Assembly: GCA_963793865.1 (NCBI GenBank)
Contig: CAWCBP010000004.1
Span: 292,526 to 356,525 of the forward strand
Source: an uncultured delta proteobacterium
GTDB taxonomy: Bacteria > Desulfobacterota > WTBG01
Direction of reading: 5' to 3'
Length of the DNA stretch: 64,000 nucleotides
How positions within the stretch are numbered: the first letter of the stretch is position 1; the number at the start of each line of letters is the position of its first letter. Shown here in pieces: positions 39,086 through 48,911 of this stretch. The notes below the pieces were generated by a model that saw only the letters and a program-made list of their open reading frames with translations, made no database searches and had not been told where the DNA came from. Made by a program: the position numbers and the translations under genes.

Positions 39086-40762
39086 ATGCGAAACACTACT
39101 GACACATTCGGATCTTCCGATATGCCAAAAACACGGACGTTTCTGAACTGCTGTGTGCCCCTGTTTGTTCTTGCGCTCGGCCTTGTGCTGTCCGGTTGTT
39201 CGGTCAGCGAAACCTACATGGTTCCCATGAGAGACAAAGTCAAGCTGGCCACCGATGTATACCTGCCGCCCGGCGGCAGGGGCGCCTGGCCGGTGCTCCT
39301 GATCAGGACACCCTACGGCAGGGAGGAAAGCGAGTCGCTGTTCAGGTTCGCCGACGAGTACGCCATTGTCATACAGGATGTGCGGGGACGCTTTGACTCA
39401 GAGGGTGAGTACCGGCCTTTCCTGGACGATGGCTGGGGAGACAAAAAGGACGGATACGATACGGTGGCCTGGATACGCAGGCAGACCTGGTGCAACGGGA
39501 AGATAGGAACCGCCGGTCAGTCCGCTGAAGGCATTACCCAGCACCTGATGGCAGGAACTGCGCCGCCCGGCCTTACCTGTCAGTTCATCCGCTTTACGCC
39601 CACAGACAATTACTCGCAGATTGTTTTTCAGGGCGGCGCCTTTAACCAGGCCCAGGTTACCGGCTGGTTGGACCGGCAGGAGGCAAGCTTTTTTCTCGAT
39701 ACCTATAAAGCGCACCCCTCCTACGACTCCTTCTGGGATTTGGGAAACGTTGAAATCAGGGCAAACGTGGTCAGGGCGCCGGCGCTGCACGTGGGAGGCT
39801 GGTACGACATGGCACTGAAGGGGGCCATCAATGGATTTCTCACCCGTCAATATGAGGGGGCCAGGGGCGCCCGGGGAAACCAGAGGCTTGTCATCGGCCC
39901 CTGGACCCATTCAGGATACAGTTCAAGGGAGCAGGGAGAGATTACCTTCCCGCCGAGCTCGGTCCTCGATCAGAATGAGTTGTTCAAAAGTTGGATTGAC
40001 TACTGGCTCAAAGGTGAAGATACAGGCATTATGGACCCGGATCCCGTTTACTACTACGTCATGGGCGATGCCCGGGATTATGAGGCGCCGGGCCACGAGT
40101 GGAGGTACGCGGCAACCTGGCCGCCCTTTGATGTGCCCCCGACCGCCTACTACCTGCACCCGGCGGGTGTCCTCTCGCCCGATGCGGCCGCCGCGGGGGC
40201 TTTTTCCTCCTCCTATCGCTTCGACCCCGAAGATCCCGTTCCTTCACAGGGCGGCACAAATCTCGATCTCACCATAGCGGCAGGGCCTTATGACCAGTCG
40301 AATCTTGAAGGCCGCCCGGATGTGGTGGTCTTTTCAACCGAGATCCTTGAGGCGCCGCTGGAAGTGACCGGTGACCTGAAAGTCGTTTTATATGCTTCAT
40401 CCGACGCCCTGGACACCGACTTTACCGCCAAGCTCACTGACGTCTACCCTGAAGGTCAATCCATGCTCATAGCCGACGGCATTATTCGAGCCCGCTATCG
40501 CAACACCTTCACCACCCCCGAGCTTATGACGCCGGGGACCGTGTACCGGTTTGAGATCGATCTCTGGGCCACCAGCATCGTCGTCAACACCGGCCACCGC
40601 CTCCGCCTTGCCGTATCCAGCAGCAACAACCCCCGGTTTGACGTCAATCCCAACACCGGGGGGGACACCTTTGACAAGGAGAACATGATCACCGCCACCA
40701 ACACCATCTACTATAACAGCACCTATCCCTCGCATATCCTGCTGCCGGTTGTTTCCCCGTAA
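39086..40762 (+). CDS. CocE/NonD family hydrolase, lipoprotein
   Basis: VPMRDKVKLATDVY, RTPY, QDVRGRFDSEG, GQSAEG, GGWYD, GPWTH; lipobox LSGC. Confidence 0.9.
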   Translation: MRNTTDTFGSSDMPKTRTFLNCCVPLFVLALGLVLSGCSVSETYMVPMRDKVKLATDVYLPPGGRGAWPVLLIRTPYGREESESLFRFADEYAIVIQDVRGRFDSEGEYRPFLDDGWGDKKDGYDTVAWIRRQTWCNGKIGTAGQSAEGITQHLMAGTAPPGLTCQFIRFTPTDNYSQIVFQGGAFNQAQVTGWLDRQEASFFLDTYKAHPSYDSFWDLGNVEIRANVVRAPALHVGGWYDMALKGAINGFLTRQYEGARGARGNQRLVIGPWTHSGYSSREQGEITFPPSSVLDQNELFKSWIDYWLKGEDTGIMDPDPVYYYVMGDARDYEAPGHEWRYAATWPPFDVPPTAYYLHPAGVLSPDAAAAGAFSSSYRFDPEDPVPSQGGTNLDLTIAAGPYDQSNLEGRPDVVVFSTEILEAPLEVTGDLKVVLYASSDALDTDFTAKLTDVYPEGQSMLIADGIIRARYRNTFTTPELMTPGTVYRFEIDLWATSIVVNTGHRLRLAVSSSNNPRFDVNPNTGGDTFDKENMITATNTIYYNSTYPSHILLPVVSP

Positions 40763-40861
40763 ATACTGAAGGGAAATAAACAGGCGCGACCGGTCGGTTG
40801 CACCTTCATGTGGATACGATGTGGATCCCTGCTTTCGAGGGGATGACAACCAGTCAGGGGG

Positions 40862-40909
40862 AAAAGAAGCATCCCATTCCCGCAACGGGGGATGAGATGC
40901 TTCTTTTTT
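40862..40909. terminator. Bidirectional terminator between convergent genes
   Basis: aaaagaagcatc...gatgcttctttttt. Confidence 0.7.
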
Positions 40910-40962
40910 AATGCTTCGCAGCGCCCTCAGGGGCGCGGGGTTTTATTCGTATTCCTCTGATC

Positions 40963-43332
40963 TCACACCGCTATAAGCCGGTCCTTTACCATTATCCCTT
41001 CCTTGACCAGATTAAGAACCTGGTCCACCTGGAACGGCTTGTGAACGACAAGGTTTACGCCGCTGCTGTGCATGGCTGCATCGTCCAGCACCACATTCCA
41101 TCCGGTGACGAGGGCAATGGGAACACATTTGTTCATCTGCCTGATCTTCCCCGCCACCTCCCAGCCGGACATCACCGGCATGCCAAGGTCGGTAAGGACA
41201 AGGTCATAGGCTTGCTTTTCAAACATCTCTATGCCTTCGCAGCCATTGTGGGCCATTTCCACATCATGGCCGGCATCGCTGAGAATGTCACGCAGCAGCT
41301 CGCGCACATCCGCCTCGTCATCGATCACCAGAATCCTGGCTTTTTTATGCCTGCCCTGCATGGGTATAACTTTTTCCCGGAGATCTTCTTTCGTATCTGC
41401 TTTCCCGGAGATCGGCAGCTTGATGGTAAAGACAGTTCCTTTACCCTCCAAACTTTCAGCGGTAATAGTGCCATGATGCCGGTTGATGATTCCGTAGGAC
41501 ACACTCAATCCCAGCCCGGTGGATTGAGGACCTTTGGTGGTAAAGAAGGGGTCAAAAATTCTGCCTTTTATGCTGAGGGGAATACCGCCCCCGGTATCCT
41601 CAATGGTGATTTCCGCCCACTCAGTATTCATGCAGGATTGTACCCTTATTTCACCGCCCCGGGGCAGGGCATCAACGGCGTTGTTTATCAGATTGGTAAA
41701 CACCTCCCTGAGCTCCGAGGCGCTTCCCATGATGGGGGGAAGGCTGGAAAGCGCTTTGCTAATCTCGATTTTTATCCCCCGGGACTGGACCTCGTCCGCC
41801 CACTTGACCTTGGTAAATTCCAGAGCGTTTTCTATCAGTTCATTGATATCAACCTGCACAAAATCCTTTTGATCGCTTCTCCGTCTGCAGAACTCCTGGA
41901 TTCGCCTGACTGTCTCCGCGCCATCCAGTGAAGCCCGCTCAATTATTTCAAGGCCTTTCTCCAGATCAATCGCCGAGCCCCTTTTTTCCGTCTTCCCCAT
42001 GGGTGGGGCGAGCTGCTTTCGCAGCAACTGGACCCGTCCCAGAATGGCGGCGAGAATATTATTGAAGTCGTGCGCGACCCCTCCCGCCAGCTCGCCCAGT
42101 GATTTAAGCTTTTCCGACTGGAGAAGCTGCTGCTCCATCTTCTTTTTTTCCGTGACATCCCGGATGAAATTAACCCCTCCCACAATGGTGCTGTCTTTGT
42201 CTTTGAGAAGGGAGAGGTTAAACTCGACAAATATCTGCTGCCCGTCTTTTTTCAGCCAGACGGATTCCTGCCCGTAGATTTTTCCCTCTTCGAAAAGCAG
42301 TTCCATAATTTTAAGCGCCTGGGATCTGCTGCCATCGTCCCGGAGGGTAAACACGCCGGTATGCATTCCAAGCAGCTCTTCCCGCGTATAGCCCACCATC
42401 TCTTCCATGGCACCATTGACCATGGTGATGTTCCCCTTCGCATCGGTGACCATGATCGCGTCGGTCGAGGTTTGGAAGAGATTTTCCAGGAATTCCTTGG
42501 CCTCCCTGATTTCATTCTCCCGCTTCTTCCGTTCGGTAAGGTCCCTGATCACCCCGATGACCGTTTTGTTTTTCTTTCCGGTGAGCGAAAAGGAGATCTC
42601 GAGCGGAAAAAACGTGCCGTCCTTCCTGATCCCTTCTTCCTCAAACATGGAGGTCTTTGACCTGCCGTACTTCGCCACCTCGTCGAGCACCTCGTAATGT
42701 TTCGCCCAGTACTGCTCGGGGGTGAGCAGGCGGGGTGACTGGCCGATCAGCTCGTCTTTTTCATACCCGTACAGTTCTTCTGCCCTCCGGTTGATATCGG
42801 TGATCACATCTCCCTCAGCGACGATAATCCCCGCGTTGGCAAACTCAATAAGGTCGTGATAGCGCTCCTCCGACTTCAGTAGCTTCGACTCAACCTCCGC
42901 CAGTCGCTCCGCTACCTCCAGCTGCTCCACCACCCGCTTGACCACGGCTGGCAATACCGCGAGAAATTCCGCATCCTTCACCACAAAGTCACGCGCGCCG
43001 AGCTTCATCATTTCCACGGCCACTTTCACGTCAGCATGGCCGGTCATGATGATGAAGGGTATGCTGTGCTGCCGATCGGCGAGGATTTCAATCACCCGCC
43101 GGCCAGACATGTCGGGCAGGCTATAGTCCAGCAGCATCAGCGCGTTGCGATTGGCGGCAACAAAGGCCAGGGCCGCCTCCCCGCTCGACGCAGCTTCCGT
43201 GTGATAGCCCTCGCGGCGGAGGTTTTTCTGGAGCAGGTGCGACAAGCCCTCCTCATCCTCCACCACAAAAATCACCCGGTGTGTGCCGGTCTGATGCTTC
43301 CCCGTATCATCAGCGTGCTTCTGTTCTTCCAT
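40963..43332 (-). CDS. Hybrid sensor kinase REC-PAS-PAS-HisKA-HATPase-REC
   Basis: N-terminal REC, AHDFNNIL H-box, FDPFFTTK, GLGLSVSYGI, C-terminal REC. Confidence 0.92.
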   Translation of the reverse strand: MEEQKHADDTGKHQTGTHRVIFVVEDEEGLSHLLQKNLRREGYHTEAASSGEAALAFVAANRNALMLLDYSLPDMSGRRVIEILADRQHSIPFIIMTGHADVKVAVEMMKLGARDFVVKDAEFLAVLPAVVKRVVEQLEVAERLAEVESKLLKSEERYHDLIEFANAGIIVAEGDVITDINRRAEELYGYEKDELIGQSPRLLTPEQYWAKHYEVLDEVAKYGRSKTSMFEEEGIRKDGTFFPLEISFSLTGKKNKTVIGVIRDLTERKKRENEIREAKEFLENLFQTSTDAIMVTDAKGNITMVNGAMEEMVGYTREELLGMHTGVFTLRDDGSRSQALKIMELLFEEGKIYGQESVWLKKDGQQIFVEFNLSLLKDKDSTIVGGVNFIRDVTEKKKMEQQLLQSEKLKSLGELAGGVAHDFNNILAAILGRVQLLRKQLAPPMGKTEKRGSAIDLEKGLEIIERASLDGAETVRRIQEFCRRRSDQKDFVQVDINELIENALEFTKVKWADEVQSRGIKIEISKALSSLPPIMGSASELREVFTNLINNAVDALPRGGEIRVQSCMNTEWAEITIEDTGGGIPLSIKGRIFDPFFTTKGPQSTGLGLSVSYGIINRHHGTITAESLEGKGTVFTIKLPISGKADTKEDLREKVIPMQGRHKKARILVIDDEADVRELLRDILSDAGHDVEMAHNGCEGIEMFEKQAYDLVLTDLGMPVMSGWEVAGKIRQMNKCVPIALVTGWNVVLDDAAMHSSGVNLVVHKPFQVDQVLNLVKEGIMVKDRLIAV

Positions 43333-43342
43333 GGCCTGCTTC

Positions 43343-43783
43343 TTAATTGAGTTGCGGTACTTCCACGACCATCAGAAAGAGTCCGAGCTGCCGAATGGAT
43401 TCAACAAATTTTTCATAATCAATGGGCTTGGTAATGTAATTGCTGCAGCCCAAGGTGTGGCAATTTTCCACCTCGCGCGGGTCGTCGGTGGTGGTGATCA
43501 TGATCACCGGCATCTTGCGCAGTTCTTCGTGCCCCTTTACCTGGCGCAGCACCTCGACCCCGTCAACCTTGGGCATGCGAATGTCCAGCAGCAGCATGTA
43601 GGCGACGTTTGGTTTGCGGTGCGGCCCTCCGCCGTTGCTCCCCACCAGGAAGTCGAGCGCCTCCGCTCCGTCCTTGAAGTGCACAATCTCATTTGAAATG
43701 CCCGCGCGCTTGAGGTTTTTCTTGATCAGCGCCGCATGCCCTTCATCATCCTCGGCGATCAGTATGACCACTTCTTTTTTCAT
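43343..43783 (-). CDS. Single-domain response regulator (Rcp1-like)
   Basis: AEDDEGHA, LLDIRMPKVDG, CSNYITKP. Confidence 0.92.
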   Translation of the reverse strand: MKKEVVILIAEDDEGHAALIKKNLKRAGISNEIVHFKDGAEALDFLVGSNGGGPHRKPNVAYMLLLDIRMPKVDGVEVLRQVKGHEELRKMPVIMITTTDDPREVENCHTLGCSNYITKPIDYEKFVESIRQLGLFLMVVEVPQLN

Positions 43784-43807
43784 CGTCGTATGCTCCTTAA
43801 AGAATTG

Positions 43808-45490
43808 CTAATTGGCCGGCAGGGACACAAAAAAAGTGCTCCCCTTGCCCTGTTCGGATTTGACCCATATTTTACCGGTATGCCGGTCGAGTATCCTGCG
43901 GGTGATGGCAAGACCCAGCCCTTCACCCTGGGTGGCTTTCGGGTCAAGACGATGGAACAGTTCATATATTTTGTCCTGATGCTCGGGGGCGATGCCGATG
44001 CCATCGTCTTCCACGTAATACACCGCGTTCCCGTTCTCCCTGCCGCCGCCTATGGCGATGACGCCTGCCTGGCTGGGCTTGCGATATTTCAAGGCGTTGT
44101 CGATAAGGTTGGAAAAGACCTGATTAATCTGTGTTTCATCCCCAAGACAGGGGGGCAGCGGTTCAACCGTGAGGGTCACCCCGGCCTCCTTGGCCTGGTA
44201 TTCAAAGGACTTGGTAATGTCGCCCACAATCCTGTCCATGTCGAGCGATTTGATATTGAGAGCCGCCCGCCCCAGGCGCGCCAGCCGCAGCAGGCCGGCA
44301 AGCAGGGAGTCCATCTTGGCAATGCTGGTGAGAATATAATGAATGGCCTCCGGGATGTCCTCGTCCAGGGTGGGGGCAATCATCTCCTTCACCCGCGGGG
44401 AGACATCTTCACTGTGGAATAAAATCGACTGTACATACTTGAAGGCGTGCTCCAGTTCCTTGCTGAAACCCTGAACATTCACCAGAGGCGAACGCAGATC
44501 ATGCGACGCAATATACACCAGCTGCTCCAGCTCCTTGTTCTTGTCCTGCAGCTCATCAAGCAGCCGGATGCGCTCCTCCTCCGCCTTCCGCCGCTCGGAA
44601 ACGTCCCGTACCACCGCGATGATCATGTTCTCCTTTTCAACCTCGAGGGTAAAGGAAATTTCGATGGGAACAAGGGAACCGTCTTTTCTTAAACCCTCCT
44701 CCTCAAAAATCATTTTATCCGCCCGGCCGGTGGTTAAAATATCAAGCAGGATTTTTCTGTGCTGTTCCTTGTGTTTTTCAGGAGACAAAATGCTCGGGGG
44801 TTTGCCGATGAGTTCATCTTTGGAATAACCGTAAATCTCTTCGGCGGTCCGGTTCACCTGGGTTATGATGTCATTTTCGGCAACAATAATGCCCGCGCTC
44901 GCCAGCTCGATGAGAGTATGATATTTCTCTTCCGACTTTTTTAAAAATGCGATCCCTTTTTTTCTTTCAGTGATGTCCCTGACGATACCCACGGATCCGG
45001 TTATTTCTCCGCTCTCATGGTATAAAAAAGTCAGGTTCATCTCGACAGGAACGACTTTACCGTCCTTGCGGAGATAATAGGTCTCCCAATTGCTGGCTTT
45101 GCCTTCTTTGAGTAATTTCTCATGCGTCGCTTTTCTCGCATCATTAAAAAATTCCTCGTCAACGGTAACCGTATCCCCTGTGGTGGATTTGTAAACCCCC
45201 TTCTCGGTTATCGAAAGCTCCATCACATGTTTCCCGTACACCTCTTCAGGCTGATAGCCGATCATTTGTAAAAACGACCTGTTCACCCTGACGATATTTC
45301 CCGTGCTGTCTCCCACAACGATGCCGTCCAGAGAACTCTCTATGATGTTGTCCAGATGATTTTTTGTTTCTATGAGCTTTCCTTCGCCCTGTTTCAGGCT
45401 TATTCCCTTTTCTTCCAGCTCGGAGTTCTTGTGGCGAAGTTCCCGCAGTTCGCTCAGGAGCTGTTTTTTGGTCTTATCTTCATCTCTCAT
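43808..45490 (-). CDS. PAS-PAS sensor histidine kinase (Cph1-type HisKA)
   Basis: YIASHDLRSPL, NLIDNALKY, DDGIGI, GEGLGLAI. Confidence 0.92.
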   Translation of the reverse strand: MRDEDKTKKQLLSELRELRHKNSELEEKGISLKQGEGKLIETKNHLDNIIESSLDGIVVGDSTGNIVRVNRSFLQMIGYQPEEVYGKHVMELSITEKGVYKSTTGDTVTVDEEFFNDARKATHEKLLKEGKASNWETYYLRKDGKVVPVEMNLTFLYHESGEITGSVGIVRDITERKKGIAFLKKSEEKYHTLIELASAGIIVAENDIITQVNRTAEEIYGYSKDELIGKPPSILSPEKHKEQHRKILLDILTTGRADKMIFEEEGLRKDGSLVPIEISFTLEVEKENMIIAVVRDVSERRKAEEERIRLLDELQDKNKELEQLVYIASHDLRSPLVNVQGFSKELEHAFKYVQSILFHSEDVSPRVKEMIAPTLDEDIPEAIHYILTSIAKMDSLLAGLLRLARLGRAALNIKSLDMDRIVGDITKSFEYQAKEAGVTLTVEPLPPCLGDETQINQVFSNLIDNALKYRKPSQAGVIAIGGGRENGNAVYYVEDDGIGIAPEHQDKIYELFHRLDPKATQGEGLGLAITRRILDRHTGKIWVKSEQGKGSTFFVSLPAN

Positions 45491-45550
45491 ATCAGTCACC
45501 TGGGTATCAAGGGGGTGAAGCGTCTTGCGTACGTGCATTGTATTTGCATT

Positions 45551-45577
45551 AGTTCGGAATTGTTCAAAAAAACTTAA
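45551..45577 (-). promoter_or_regulatory. Possible sigma28 promoter for the kinase operon
   Basis: TTAAG-N14-TCCGAACT, same spacing as 1514-1540. Confidence 0.35.
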
Positions 45578-45810
45578 GCAAAAACCTCCCTGATTGAGCG
45601 TGAGAGGTTTTGAATCTTGCCTGAAGATGAACAGAGTATCCGCGCGGCGGTCTTTTGCTGTGAAAGGGGTTTTGCTTGCGGAGAAAAGAGTTGCGCGGAT
45701 TGGCCTGCCGACGGAGGGTGAAAAAAATAAAGGCAGGAGCTGTTTTGACCCCTGCCCGGGAACGACGCTGTTTTATCTGATTATTCAGCTACTTGTAAAG
45801 CCCTGGGGCA

Positions 45811-46597
45811 TCAGTATATCCGGCCGTATAAACAATAATCAGGCTTTACCCGGCCTCGCGAGGCGCAGAGATCTTCGTTATACTGATCTGCCAGGGCGAT
45901 GTTGATCGCGCACAGATCGATACAGGCATCACAACCGTCACAGAATACTGATGATGACCGTGTCGGACGCATTATTGCAGGTATCGGTTGCCGTTATCGC
46001 GTACCCCCCAAGATTATCAGGATCCTCGCAGCAGTAATCACCAATCAAAAGCCTCCAGGTACAATCGTCGATCTTATCAATGGAGAGCCAGGACGCGGGG
46101 GGTGAAATCGTCCACACCAGGCACGATGGATCAAATGAAGAGCAGTCGGAACAGAGCGTAAAGTCGATGATATCGTTGCAGGTGTATGGTTCGGTCCTTC
46201 TTCCCGGCCTGCCATAGACGATTTCGATATCGCAGGTTGTGGTTGTCGAGCTTGTCGTGGTGTAGGTGCACCCCTCCCCCTCCATGCACGCGGAACAGGG
46301 ATTCTTAAACGGGCTGCGGCCGAAGTCGGATTTGAAGAGGGCGCCGTCGGTGCCGTCAACGCAGCCGTCACACAGGAAGTCTCCATTGCAGGGATTTTCG
46401 TTGGTGCAGGGATTCAAAATGATGCTTCTCCCGAAGTCAGACTTGAAGGCCGAGGCGTCTGCGCCATCCTGATCCCCATCACAATCGAAGTCGCCCTCAC
46501 AGTAGCTGATGGAGGTCGTCGTGGATGTTTGAGCCAGTACCGGGGCAACTGAAAACATAATAAAAAAGGCAATCACTGCTGCTCGTTTCTTAACCAT
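45811..46597 (-). CDS. Secreted Cys-rich protein with two dockerin/EF-hand-like Ca-binding repeats (ORF stops at 45938; probable frameshifted tail to 45811)
   Basis: Signal peptide; CEGDFDCDGDQDGADASAFKSDFGRS and CNGDFLCDGCVDGTDGALFKSDFGRS; Thr-rich linkers. Confidence 0.7.
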
Positions 46598-46941
46598 GGC
46601 AGCCCTCCTTTTTATTCAAATGTACCTGAAATGATCATAAATAGCAAACCCACCCTCTCAGACCTCATAGATCTGATGCAAGTGGGAATCTGTCTGCCGC
46701 CAACCTTCATTTCTCTGCTCCTGCAGTTTAACGCCTCATGCATTGTATATAATCAAATCACAGCCCATTCGTAAAAGCAAGGATATTCTTGCAGCGCTTG
46801 TTCTGCCATCCTGTAAAAGGAGCGGTGCCTGTATCCATCGGCAATGACCCCTTGACATAAACACTGAAACGTATTAAGAGAAACGATACAAGTCTCCATG
46901 CTTTTTGTCATAGGCACGGAAAAGCTTAATGAAATCAATGT

Positions 46942-47020
<79 letters not shown>

Positions 47021-47041
47021 ATAAATTCGAAGTAACATCCC

Positions 47042-48124
47042 ATGGAAAAGCATCAGGTTGTCATTGTCGGCGCCGGCCCTGCCGGCGCGTCGTGCGCAAA
47101 GGCCTTGCATGACGCGGGGGTTGAGGCGCTGATTATCGAAGTAGAATCGCTGCCGCGACATAAAACATGTTCGGGCGTTCTGTTCGGGCAGACCCAGGAA
47201 CTGCTGCTTAAGCTCTTCGGCTCGCTGCCGCCGGAGGAAATCTACTGCGAGCCGAAGACCATCCAGGCCTCGCAGATTATTGAGTGGAAAGGCGGACAGG
47301 ACTTTATCCAGTATTTCTGGGAGATACCCAAAAGCGGCCATGCGTTTCCCCAGACATATTACAACATACATCGCGACAAATTTGACCACTGGATGGTGAA
47401 ACAATGCGGAGCCGCGGTCAGGGAAAACTGTTTGTTTCGGGGATGTGCGGCTGAAGGGGAGCAGGTCAGGGTTGACGTATTTCTGCGCGACCCTGAGATA
47501 CTGGAACCCGGCGGGAAGGGTGAGCCGAACCGGATGATACAATGTGATTACCTGGTCGGAGCCGATGGCAGCGCCTCGTCAGTGCGCAGGGCGCTGACGC
47601 CGGACGTTTGGGCCGCAACGCCCGCAGTGGTCATCTATCAGGAGTATTGTCCGATTGAGGATACGGGCACCCTGCGCGAGGGGTGCTGGCATGTTTTTTT
47701 TGAAAAAAGCGTCGGGGAAATGCTCTCCTGCGTGCACCGCAAGAATGACTGTCTTGTGCTCTGCGTCGGATCCTTCAACGGCCGTACCCTGCGCTCAGGC
47801 ATGGAGACCTTCAAGGAGTTTCTCCGGGACAACTTCAAGGTATCAGTCAAGAAGCACGAGCATGTGGAGGGGTGCATCATAAAGATGTGGCCCCCGGACC
47901 TGGGCCGCGGCAGGGTGCTGCTGACCGGCCAGGCGGGCGGGTTTATATACCTCAACGATGAGGGCATCAGCGCCGCCATGGATTCAGGCTACCGGTGCGG
48001 CACGGCGATAGCACGCGCACTGCGCGACGGGGGTGATGCTCTGGAAATGTACCGCGCCGCTACGGGCGACATCACGGCCCACATGGAAGACTGCGCACGA
48101 CAGACGCATTTTCTGGTGGAATGA
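47042..48124 (+). CDS. FAD-dependent oxidoreductase, geranylgeranyl reductase-like
   Basis: GAGPAGA, PRHKTCSG, VGADG, GQAGG...EGISAAMDSG. Confidence 0.85.
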   Translation: MEKHQVVIVGAGPAGASCAKALHDAGVEALIIEVESLPRHKTCSGVLFGQTQELLLKLFGSLPPEEIYCEPKTIQASQIIEWKGGQDFIQYFWEIPKSGHAFPQTYYNIHRDKFDHWMVKQCGAAVRENCLFRGCAAEGEQVRVDVFLRDPEILEPGGKGEPNRMIQCDYLVGADGSASSVRRALTPDVWAATPAVVIYQEYCPIEDTGTLREGCWHVFFEKSVGEMLSCVHRKNDCLVLCVGSFNGRTLRSGMETFKEFLRDNFKVSVKKHEHVEGCIIKMWPPDLGRGRVLLTGQAGGFIYLNDEGISAAMDSGYRCGTAIARALRDGGDALEMYRAATGDITAHMEDCARQTHFLVE

Positions 48125-48217
48125 TCTCAGGCAAGACAGGTTAGACAATAGTGTGACGCAGCGTTGTCCCGAGCACCTGTCTTCTGATTGACATCCAACA
48201 ACAAAACCCCGCTCCCT

Positions 48218-48670
48218 TCATTTCCCCGCTTTTTGCGCAAGCTCTTTGCCGAGGGCACGACCCTTCTCTGCAGCTTCACCGGCATCGGCAGGTTTTCTCT
48301 CCACCGTCTCGCCTACCAGCGTAAAGAATCGACCGCCGAATTTCTCAAGACTCTGTTTGACCGTTCCGCCGCCGCCATGTGAATAAAAGAGCGCGGCGGG
48401 TTTTCCGGTAACCGCCTGTCCCGCCTTGTCCCAGATGTACATGTCATCGAAAAATGTTTTGATGGTTCCGGCCACGTAACCATAATAATCGGGTGATCCT
48501 ACGGCAACCGCATCGGCATGCAGCAGATCATCAAGTGTCACCCGGCGCTCATTGGTATTCATCAACACAACATTTGCCCCGGCCGTGCGGGCGCCTTCGG
48601 CCAGCGCCTCCGCAACATCCCTGGTGTTGCCCCTCTGCTGGCTGTGGTAGATGACGAGTATTTTTCCCAT
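48218..48670 (-). CDS. Flavodoxin-fold protein (WrbA-like)
   Basis: YHSQQRGNT, GSPDYYGYVAGTIKTFFD. Confidence 0.85.
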   Translation of the reverse strand: MGKILVIYHSQQRGNTRDVAEALAEGARTAGANVVLMNTNERRVTLDDLLHADAVAVGSPDYYGYVAGTIKTFFDDMYIWDKAGQAVTGKPAALFYSHGGGGTVKQSLEKFGGRFFTLVGETVERKPADAGEAAEKGRALGKELAQKAGK

Positions 48671-48821
48671 ATGCTTCTCCTTTCCGTTCCGGACAGAAAC
48701 TGTGTTCGCACAGTTATCGATGGAATTGCTGTGTGGCACGCTGCAAGAACCATGGCCTCTTTACCGGTGGTCACTATATGAAAACATCCAGGGTGAGTCA
48801 ATACCATAATCCATTTTTTTA

Positions 48822-48850
48822 TTGACAGGCGAAGGAGGCGTTTCTATACT
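48822..48850 (+). promoter_or_regulatory. Sigma70-type promoter
   Basis: TTGACA-N17-TATACT. Confidence 0.65.
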
Positions 48851-48911
48851 GCAGGCGATGTAAAATGGTTTGATAATGAAACTATCTAACCTGAAGCGGA
48901 AAGGGCGGCGT

